Assembly (NCBI GenBank): GCA_964640665.1 | Contig: CAZXHT010000003.1 | Span: 66,468 to 130,467 of the forward strand | DNA from: an uncultured Myxococcales bacterium | GTDB taxonomy: Bacteria; Myxococcota; B64-G9 | Reading direction: 5' to 3' | DNA length: 64,000 nt | In this document: positions 47,801-55,600 of the stretch, in pieces | Numbering within the stretch: position 1 is the stretch's first letter | Layout of the letters: every line of letters begins with the position of its first letter | The notes under the pieces: model-generated | The model's input: the letters and a program-made list of their open reading frames with translations, nothing else | Databases searched by the model: none | What the model was told of the DNA's origin: nothing | Made by a program: the position numbers and the translations under genes

Positions 47801-47969
47801 TGAGGCAGATGGTTCGACAGACATCGTCGGCACAGCCCATCCCATCCGGGCAATCCCCATCGCCGACACACGCTATCGGCCCCGGCGCCGTCTCATCGGA
47901 ACAAGCCCAGACAGCGGCCAGCAACACAATCGACAACGAAAGAAACCAATTCATTTTCATCTGTATCAT
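44889..47969 (-). CDS. secreted 1026-aa protein: about 10 tandem cysteine/aspartate-rich modules (DxDxDGxxxxDCDDxDxxxxPGAxExCxDGxDNDCDGxxDE) followed by a Vgb/NHL-like beta-propeller
   Basis: A signal peptide is followed by repeated Cys-rich calcium/metal-binding-like motifs. The C-terminus has repeats of the GxxxGxWxG type (VAIDGDGNVWFGT, LAIDGNGYLWTAS, VTVDQDGYVWGSS, VAVDANGKIWVPN). Confidence 0.65.
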   Translation of the reverse strand: MIQMKMNWFLSLSIVLLAAVWACSDETAPGPIACVGDGDCPDGMGCADDVCRTICLISEDCPSGMQCLSGFCQMPCVDDGDCPSGEHCEAGFCKPDEIEDAGTDGDGGNGKECIDQDQDGYGPNCALGDEDCDDTDRLVHPGAPEICHDGIDNDCDGTTDEADCGCERGDRRACYTGPFETKGVGLCRSGVMICGDDKEYGDCQGEQTPTDEICDSEDNDCDGDIDEGLLNRCGDCTPPDDQLVEICGDGLDNDCNGQIDENCSCDPGCHCDEGGAGSNCECHPPVDQPCYSGPPSTMGQGICKGGTHDCVEQGADYVWTSCEGEVTPGVECEGDVADNLDNDCDGFTDEDCLPDGDNDGYRPPEDCDDTNAAVNPGAQESCNEIDDNCNGIVDEGVTNACGTCGPVPEEVCANGLDDDCDGSVDEMCGGCSGSETKTCYRGPDGTQGVGTCHTGTMTCIDGEFWSVCEGDVIPEAEVCDGVDNDCDGETDEQWAIGSNLCGFCDSTEVCDGVDNDCDGWTDEGVMNACGDCGVVPEEVCDGVDNDCDGLIDEGVLTACGTCPDVPCYEVGWDTPGECDADLRDCDGTEPDPGNPDAITLGQGSVRTPFIYISVTGRDQVAKLDTETGQKIWQVDSHGDAPSRTAVALDYSVWVGNRGFASTGDAHYSNGVHLDADGSRICSVDAPNICRAVAIDGDGNVWFGTYNGQTLYKVDGQATDPTGCVEPPCCRVLGSLNVGVSVYGLAIDGNGYLWTASSPVTKKVNTATMAVEASVTHDRHYGIAIDQSNNVWLGSWSGSGTQRGVHMINGSDHSVFYTGVTNVTAVTVDQDGYVWGSSYGTNEVVKINPGTGDVLCRQAVSNGHHPHGVAVDANGKIWVPNRYGGYANRFLSDCTPDGSFPVDPGQELYTYSDMTGMQLRMVTTREGHWIQNFDSGYDAPFWHSATWDATVPVDTSVSVSFVSADSEAELVTNHSPVCGPFAASPADIYNTCPSLQGHRWLSADVQLNTTQDGVRPTFSNLHVFWSY

Positions 47970-48080
47970 GGCACCAATCTCCCGGTAGGATATTCACTTA
48001 CACCTCTATTAACATTCTACCACTGTCTGAGAAAAAAGAGGAATAGGTCAAACGGACCAGATCGCGAAATTTTCGCAGCT

Positions 48081-49031
48081 TCAGAAACGCCCGGATAGAA
48101 TCGGAACAACTACGGCCGCCTGGCCGAGTCTCCGGGGTCTTACGAGATCGTTGGGCAAGTATGTCGACTGTCCTTGCCCGGCCTGTTCCATCTGAACCAG
48201 CGCCGGATCGCGCCACTTTCCCGCCGCCAGCATGGCGTGGATGATCGAAGCCAGATCGATCGCCGCGGCCGAGCCGAAGCCGATGCCAAAATAGATGAGG
48301 TCCTCCTTAGAAAAAGCGAACCCTATTCCCGTTGCGGCGGCCGCCACCGTCGCAAGCAAATAGCCTACGCCCCAGCCGGTTTCCTCGATGTAAAACATGC
48401 CCCCGCCGGGCAGCAGCAGGCCCCACAAGCAAGCCATGCCGGCGCTCTTGGTCCGAGGCATCAGCGGCCGGCGGTAGGTGGGGGGCGGCGGAGGCGCGAT
48501 CTGCGCGGCCGGAGGAGTGCTCTTCTTCACGACCGGCGACGTAGGCTGCAGCTTTGCGATAACCTCGTCCAGCGCCGAAAGAAGATGATCGGTATCGCAG
48601 GGCCCCTTGGCGGTTGCGGTTCGCTCGGTGGCCGCCTTGCGCAGATCAAATAGGGCGGCGGTAAGAATGCACAGCGACCCAATCTTGCCGATGGACGCGG
48701 AGAGCGTGTACTGCGCCGACAACTCTTGCCCGATGTCGATCTGGCAGGAGCGATCGTAGCAAGTCTTGCAGGTCTCCTTTTTCTGGCTGGCAAGCCGAGC
48801 ACGGATCTCATCGCGGGGCACGATGCGAAAGTGCCCACCTTCTCCCAGACGGGTGCCGAGGTAATCCGTCAGGGTTTCGATCTCCTGGGCGGTCAGTGTC
48901 GTTCCACGGTTCTCGATCTGGAACACGGCCAGAATAGGTACGGGTTGCTTTCCAGCGGCATAAGCGGCCGACCAGAAAACGAGCATCGCTAACAACCACG
49001 GCCGGCAATGTTTGAAGCAGGACATCTTCAC
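48081..49031 (-). CDS. hypothetical secreted/membrane protein
   Basis: Signal peptide and a C-terminal hydrophobic Gly/Ala-rich TM region. The start overlaps the upstream stop (ATGA). Confidence 0.4.
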   Translation of the reverse strand: MKMSCFKHCRPWLLAMLVFWSAAYAAGKQPVPILAVFQIENRGTTLTAQEIETLTDYLGTRLGEGGHFRIVPRDEIRARLASQKKETCKTCYDRSCQIDIGQELSAQYTLSASIGKIGSLCILTAALFDLRKAATERTATAKGPCDTDHLLSALDEVIAKLQPTSPVVKKSTPPAAQIAPPPPPTYRRPLMPRTKSAGMACLWGLLLPGGGMFYIEETGWGVGYLLATVAAAATGIGFAFSKEDLIYFGIGFGSAAAIDLASIIHAMLAAGKWRDPALVQMEQAGQGQSTYLPNDLVRPRRLGQAAVVVPILSGRF

Positions 49032-49762
49032 TTTTCCTGCTTCACGTTTTCGCCCTTGAGTATTTCGGGCACCGGTCTGGCCTGGATGCGCAGTCCGCCG
49101 TCGTGCTCCAGGATCAGGCGGTAGATCTTGTCGGGAACGAAGCGCGTAGCCGGGGCTTCGATCTGGGCGTTCTTGACGCCGTCCTTGCGGCGCCTGCTCT
49201 CATCCAGGGCATATTCCCAAAACGATTTCCACAAGCGGCTCTCAATCCGTCCGGTGTAGCCGCCGGCCGCCGCTGAAATGCGATAGCCGCCCGGCACTTC
49301 CATGGGACGATTGATATCGCAGCTTTCATAGGTGTTGCCGTGATCGTCGAGGGCGAAAGCGCGGGTGAAAAAGTGAATACTCTTGCCCTCACCTTCCATG
49401 ATCAGCTCGTCGTTCAGGCGGATGACCAGCGCCTCGAAATGAATCACGTCGTTTACCGAAAAATCGCAGTGGACCGGGTCGAGCGGCTTCTTACCCGGCC
49501 CGTAGCGCAGGATCTTCAGACGAATCTTGCGGGGGCTGCCGTCCTGCGCGCGCTGGTAGTCCTCCACCCAGACGTCGGCCACGCGATCCTCGGCGGTCAG
49601 GCGGCCAATCATCGTCTTGAGGACTTCAACCTCGCGATGGTTTTGGTAGAACCACCAGCCACCCGCCGCCGCGGCCCCCAGGATGGCAAGCAACAACAAC
49701 CGCCTGAGCCAGCTAAAAATGCCGCTGCCATTCCCTCGCCCGGTCTCTTCGTGCACCGCCAT
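49028..49762 (-). CDS. hypothetical membrane-anchored protein
   Basis: The N-terminal TM is LLLLAILGAAAAGGWWFY. No known domain. The start is assigned to the internal Met. Confidence 0.35.
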   Translation of the reverse strand: MAVHEETGRGNGSGIFSWLRRLLLLAILGAAAAGGWWFYQNHREVEVLKTMIGRLTAEDRVADVWVEDYQRAQDGSPRKIRLKILRYGPGKKPLDPVHCDFSVNDVIHFEALVIRLNDELIMEGEGKSIHFFTRAFALDDHGNTYESCDINRPMEVPGGYRISAAAGGYTGRIESRLWKSFWEYALDESRRRKDGVKNAQIEAPATRFVPDKIYRLILEHDGGLRIQARPVPEILKGENVKQEK

Positions 49763-49863
49763 GGCGAAATTCCTTCCATGATTCCTTGATGTATACGAAT
49801 AGCATGAAACAAAAGTACAACACAAGTTGTGGACAAAGAGGAATTTCGTTATCATCAACGATA

Positions 49864-50940
49864 ATGAGATTGAGTCTGCTGCTCATCGTCACACTCCTCG
49901 CGTCATCCGGCTGCGAAGACGGTTCAAAACACGGGGCGCTAACCTTGCGTCCGATTATCGATTCCCACGTGCATATCGTGCCGACCGAGGCATGCATCAA
50001 ACGGGCCTTGAAAATCTTCAAAGCCTCAGGCATCACCCGCTTCTGCGCCAAGAGCGCCGGTTTTTACCCGGGCGCACGCTTCAGGGCGACCGTGGCCATG
50101 GCCAAAAATCTCGGGCCGCGCTTTGCCTTCTTGGCAAATGTCGACTGGCGCGGCATCGACGATCCCGCCTGGCCTCAACGCGAGGCGCGACGTCTTTCCA
50201 AAGAGGTCGAGTTGGGCGCGCGCGGCTTCAAGGTTTTCAAGAACCTGGGCCTGGGCGTGCGCACATCCGACGGCAAGCTGCTGGCCATCGACGACGCGCG
50301 GCTCGATCCACTGATGAAGCGCGCGGCCGATTTAGGCGTTATAGTCGCCATGCACACGGCCGATCCCCGGACCTTCTTCGATCCGCCGACACCCGATAAC
50401 GAGCGCTACATGGAGCTTCTGTTCGCGCCGTCCTGGAGCTTCTACGGCAAGGACTATCCCTCGCGCGACGAACTGTTCGCCGCCCGCGAGCGGCTAATAG
50501 CCCACCATCCCGATACGACCTTTCTGCTGATACACCTGGCCAACAATCCCGAGGATCTGACATACGTCGATCGCCTGCTGGATACGCATCCCAACGTCTA
50601 TGTGGATACATCGGCGCGCCTCGGCGAGATAGGCCGCCACCCGGCCGAACAAACCAGGAAGTTCTTCATCAAGCACCAGGATCGCATCCTGTTCGGCTCG
50701 GACATCATTATCGACCCGGGCGGCCTGCAACTTGGCTCGCTCTCGATCTGGCCCGACGACGACGGCGACGCCGCCCACTTCTATGCTGTCCACCGGGAGT
50801 ACTTCGAGACGGATCACCGCCAGATCGACCACCCCACTCCGATCCAAGGCGACTGGAAGGTTGATGCAATAAACCTGCCCGCAGATGTACTGGAAAAATT
50901 CTACGTCAAGAACGCCGAGAAACTAATCTGGGGGAAATAA
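49864..50940 (+). CDS. amidohydrolase-family (Amidohydro_2 TIM-barrel metal-dependent hydrolase) lipoprotein
   Basis: Lipobox LLASSGC, HxH metal motif (IIDSHVHIV) and downstream His/Asp ligands (VAMHTADP; DTSARL). Confidence 0.6.
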   Translation: MRLSLLLIVTLLASSGCEDGSKHGALTLRPIIDSHVHIVPTEACIKRALKIFKASGITRFCAKSAGFYPGARFRATVAMAKNLGPRFAFLANVDWRGIDDPAWPQREARRLSKEVELGARGFKVFKNLGLGVRTSDGKLLAIDDARLDPLMKRAADLGVIVAMHTADPRTFFDPPTPDNERYMELLFAPSWSFYGKDYPSRDELFAARERLIAHHPDTTFLLIHLANNPEDLTYVDRLLDTHPNVYVDTSARLGEIGRHPAEQTRKFFIKHQDRILFGSDIIIDPGGLQLGSLSIWPDDDGDAAHFYAVHREYFETDHRQIDHPTPIQGDWKVDAINLPADVLEKFYVKNAEKLIWGK

Positions 50941-50972
50941 GCCGAAGGACCGGCCGATGATATCACCTGCTA

Positions 50973-52148
50973 TCATGACAGGCTGAATAAAAACCCGGTT
51001 AGCTTGCCCAACTCCGCCACCGGCAGTACCTCTACTTGAGGCGCCAGCGGAAACGCTTCATTGGCCGGGCAGATGATGAAGGCTTGGCGGCATCCCAGGT
51101 CGGACATGGACTGCCTGAAGCCCTTCCCGATGGAAGGTGACTTGGTAAGTTTTATCTCTATACCAACCGGTTCGCTGCCCGGCCGAACCAGTACCAGGTC
51201 CATCTCCGCGCCCGCACCCGTCCGATAGAAGTATGCCTGCCAGGCCGGGGGCAGGATAGCCAGTATTTGTTCGATCACCCAGCCCTCGAAAGATGCTCCC
51301 GCGTGTGGCGTTCCAATCAGCACGTCCTCGTTCGGTATGCGTAGCAGCGCATGCAACAGACCGCTATCGCGCATGTAGACCTTCGAAGATTTTACAAGCC
51401 TCTTCTTGATATTCGGATGGTAGGGTTGTAACTGCCTGGCGATGAACGTGTCCTGGAGCAGGTCGAGATAGCGCTTTACAGTGGGGGCTGATACGCCCAG
51501 GCTTGCTCCGATCTTGCTTGAGTTCAAAAGCTGTCCGTGAGAGTGGGCCACCATCTCCCAGAACCTGCGCAGCAGACTGGCGGGTAGCGTCAGACCGAGT
51601 CCGGGAATGTCCCTCTCCAGGTAGGTAGAGATGAATGCTTCGCGCCAGCGCAGGCTCTGCCCGTCGCTGCGAGCGAGAAAGCTCGGAGGGTAGCCGCCGC
51701 GGCACCAGAGCCTGCCGGACAGAGCCGGGTCAATCTCATCTGCCGTAAAAGGAGAAAGTTCGTGGTATACTATGCGGCCGGCGAGGCTCTCCGACGACTG
51801 CCGAACGAGTTGAGGCGAGGCCGATCCGAGGATCAGGAATCGCCCCGCCTGGCCGGGTTGCTCGTCCACCATTACCCGCACGGAGGGGAAGAGTTCCGGC
51901 CGGCGCTGGATTTCGTCGATTACTATCAGCCGGTCTTTGAACCTTTCGAGAAAGAGTTCCGCATCGCCCAACTTGGCAAGATCTGAAGAACGTTCCAGGT
52001 CGAGGTAGAGGATATCGTCCTTGCTCCTTCTTTTGGTGATAGTCCTGGCCAGGGTGGTTTTACCGCTCTGCCTTGAGCCGACAAGGCCCACCACCGGAAA
52101 GTTCTCAAGCGAACGCTCCACGATTGCTTGTAATCTCCGATCAATCAT
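50973..52148 (-). CDS. AAA+ ATPase of the AAA_14/DUF4143 family
   Basis: P-loop GLVGSRQSGKTTL and Walker B LIVIDEIQ. The C-terminal region is DUF4143-like. It is a standalone gene. Confidence 0.65.
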   Translation of the reverse strand: MIDRRLQAIVERSLENFPVVGLVGSRQSGKTTLARTITKRRSKDDILYLDLERSSDLAKLGDAELFLERFKDRLIVIDEIQRRPELFPSVRVMVDEQPGQAGRFLILGSASPQLVRQSSESLAGRIVYHELSPFTADEIDPALSGRLWCRGGYPPSFLARSDGQSLRWREAFISTYLERDIPGLGLTLPASLLRRFWEMVAHSHGQLLNSSKIGASLGVSAPTVKRYLDLLQDTFIARQLQPYHPNIKKRLVKSSKVYMRDSGLLHALLRIPNEDVLIGTPHAGASFEGWVIEQILAILPPAWQAYFYRTGAGAEMDLVLVRPGSEPVGIEIKLTKSPSIGKGFRQSMSDLGCRQAFIICPANEAFPLAPQVEVLPVAELGKLTGFLFSLS

Positions 52149-52289
52149 GCTTGTAATTATAACTGCAGATATTCAATTTGCAAGGATGAAATAGCAAGTT
52201 GGGCGGATCACGACCCCTACGGCTCGGGTCGCGTCAGGTGCGTGCGAGCAGCTTTCCCTGGCAGGCTTCCAAGTGCCGGTGTCTAACCC

Positions 52290-52625
52290 CTAACCAGGGG
52301 TCCCCTTGATTCCCTGTTTTGTTTTTTTGTCTGCCGGCTTCTTGGGCGCCGGCACCACGGCAGGAGACTTTGCGTCCTGCGCAGTCTCTCGTATCTCGAC
52401 AGCCGTGTTAGAGGGAAACCTGGTGAGCATATCCTGGCGAAGATTGATCACCGCCGTCATGATCTGCGCGGATCGGCCCTTGATACGCTCGTTTGTCTCG
52501 TCGAATCGGGAACTAATGGCCACCGAGAAGAACCACATACCCACTCCCGCGGCCAACACTAAAACGACTATCAGCAGCACCAACCAAATATCCGTTCCTC
52601 TTTTTACCTTGCCTTCTTCAGCCAT
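52290..52625 (-). CDS. small membrane protein, hypothetical
   Basis: A single TM segment (IWLVLLIVVLVLAAGVGMWFF) and a Lys/Pro-rich C-terminus. Confidence 0.35.
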   Translation of the reverse strand: MAEEGKVKRGTDIWLVLLIVVLVLAAGVGMWFFSVAISSRFDETNERIKGRSAQIMTAVINLRQDMLTRFPSNTAVEIRETAQDAKSPAVVPAPKKPADKKTKQGIKGTPG

Positions 52626-52654
52626 AACGATATTCCTCCCAAGTTATCCTGCTT

Positions 52655-55600
52655 TTACTTCCTGCGTTTGATGGCCAGCACCAAGCCGAGTAGCCCAAAC
52701 CACAAGGCCGACATGTTGCGTTGTTTGTCGGTGGCGCAGCCGCAGCCGCCGCCTTCCGTCTGGCCGTTGTCTTGGCAGCCCTCGTCGGTGGCGCCGTCGC
52801 AGTCGTTGTCGATGCCGTCCTCGCAGACATCCTCGGCCCCCGGGTGTACCGTCGCCGAGGCGTCGTTGCAGTCATCGCCGCAGGGCACGGTGGCGTAACC
52901 GTCACCGTCCGTGTCGGTGCAGACGCAGCTTCCGCCCGAGCACTCTTGGCCCTGATGACAAGCCCGGCCGCAGGCGCCGCAGTTGTTGTCGTCCGTGTTG
53001 ATATCGGTCTCGCAGCCATCCGCTTGATCGAGGTTGCAATCTGCGTAGGGCGCGCTGCAGGCTCCCATCTCGCAGGAACCCTGGACGCAACTTGCACCTG
53101 CGTTGGCGAAGGCGCAGGCCGTGCCGCAGGCACCACAGTTGTCGAGCGCAACCAGCAGGTCGACCTCGCAGCCGTCGGCAGCATCGGAGTTACAATCGCC
53201 AAAATCCGTGTCGCAGCTGTCCACTGCGCAGGCTCCCGACACGCAAGCCGGTGAAGCATTGGCCGGTTCGCAGACGTTCTGGCAGGCACCGCAGTTTGTT
53301 TCGTCTTCGTCGGTGTTCACTTCGCAACCGTCGTCGTTTGCGTTGTTACAATTTTCGAAGCCCGCGTCACAGGTGTCGATGACACAGAATCCGTCCAGAC
53401 AGTTGGCTCCGGCATTCGCCAGGTTGCAGGCGTAACCGCACATCCCGCAGTTTCCGGCATCTCCCATCAGATCGACCTCGCAGCCGTCGGCGCCCGAACT
53501 GTTGCAATCACCGAAGCCGAAGTCGCAATCGCTCATGACGCAGTTTCCCGCCTGGCATTCTCCCTGGCCGTTGGAATAATCGCAGGCCGTGCCGCAGGCG
53601 CCGCAATTGGCCGGATCGTTGCTCAGAACCGTCTCGCAACCATTGAAACCGTCCCCGTCGCAGTCGCCGAAGCCGGCAACGCAGGTCGAAATCACGCACT
53701 GGTTGTCCACACAGGCAACGTCTGCGGCATACGGAACGTCGCAGCTTCGGCCGCAGGCTCCGCAGTTGTCGTAGTCGGCGCTGACGTCGGCCTCGCAACC
53801 GTTCGCCATGATGCCGTCGCAGTCGTCGTAGCCTAGATCACACGAGGCAATCCCGCAGGTCGAGTTCTCGCAACCCGACGTGGCGTGTAAATAGGAGTCA
53901 CAGATTTGATGGCAGGCACCGCAGTTGTTCGCGTCGCTGGTCGTGTCGGTCTCACAGCCGTCGACCGGGTCTCCGTTGCAATCGTCCCATGCGCCCTGGC
54001 AAGCGCCGACGGCGCAGACGCCGCCGATGCACAGGGCGCCTGCGTGATCGAACTCGCAGACCATGCCGCAGGCGCTGCAGTTTTCGGGATCGCCGCTAAG
54101 ATCGGCCTCGCAGCCGTCTTCGCCCAAACCGTTGCAGTCGGCAAAGCCTACATCACACGAGGTAACTACGCACTCGCCATCGACACAGATTCCAACACCG
54201 TCCGCAAAAACACACACATGGCCGCAGGCCCCGCAGTTTTGCGGATCGGCACTGACATCGAACTCGCAGCCGTTTAGGGCATCACCGTCGCAGTTGTCCC
54301 AACCGTCATCGCAAGCCGTAGCACAGGCCGAGTACATGTCGATGTCAAAGCCGTAATCGTTGAAAATATAATCCGACACCAGGTTTACCTTGATGGTGTC
54401 GCCCGTCGCCCATGGGCTCCAGAAGGCTCCCTGATCGCCGGTATAGGATGCAAGCTGGTTGTTCTGACCGTCGAGGATGTAGACGTAATCCCAACCGCTC
54501 TCGGTCACCATGTCTGTAAAATGCACCCGGATCTTCATGGCGCCCGGAGCACTGACCACGAAGGTCTCGTCGTAGTTGTCGGGATAAGGATGCGGCGTCG
54601 AGATCTGCGCGGCAACCGTGCTACAGTCGCCCATGCCGATGCCGCACTGGCCGGCCTGGCAAACCATCATCGAGACGTGGTCGAGGTCGCACACGGTATT
54701 GCAGTCACCGCAATGGGCCACATCGCTGTCGGTGTCGGTCTCGCAACCGTCGCTATCGTCGGCGTTGCAGTCGTCGAAGCCCGAGTCGCAGGAGCCCATC
54801 TCGCAAGTTCCGGCGTTACAGGCAGCGGTCGCGTTGTCATACTCGCATACAATGCCGCAGTCGCTGCAGTTCTGTATATCGGTGCTCAGATCGACCTCGC
54901 AACCGTCCGCGCCCTCTCCGTTGCAGTCGGCGAAGCCGGCATCGCAGGAGCCGACGACGCAGACGCCGTCGCTGCAGCTTCCCGTGCCGTTGGCGAAAAC
55001 GCACACGATGCCGCAGGCCCCGCAGTTGTCGATGTCTGAACTGACATCGAACTCACAACCGTTGGTATCGATCCCGTCACAGTCGTCCCAGCCACGCTCG
55101 CAAGTTTCAATCCGGCAAACAGCCTGGTTGCACGAAGCGCTGTCGACGTGAGCCAGGTCGCAGGCGTTGTCGCAGGCGCCGCAGTTGTTGGGATCGGTGC
55201 TGGTCGAGGTCTCGCAACCATCTGCCTCGCTCGAGTTGCAGTCTTCGAAACCCTGGCTGCACTCGCCCATCTGGCATACACCGGCATTGCACTCCCCGGC
55301 GGCGTGGCTGTAGTGACAGATGACTCCGCAGGCGCTGCAATTCCAGGGGTCGCTGGCCAACTCGGCCTCGCAGCCGTCGAGCGGGTTGTTGTTGCAGTCG
55401 GCCCAACCGGCCTGGCAGTCGATGCTCTCGATACAGATGCTGTTTGCGCACTGGCTGATGGTGTGCGCGCCGCCGCAGGTCAGGCCGCAGCCTCCACAGT
55501 TGTCGACGTCAGAGCTGGTGTCGGCCTCGCAGCCGTTTTGCGGATCGGCGTCACAGTTCGAATATCCGGCGCTGCATCCGTTTTCGCACGAGCTCACGGA

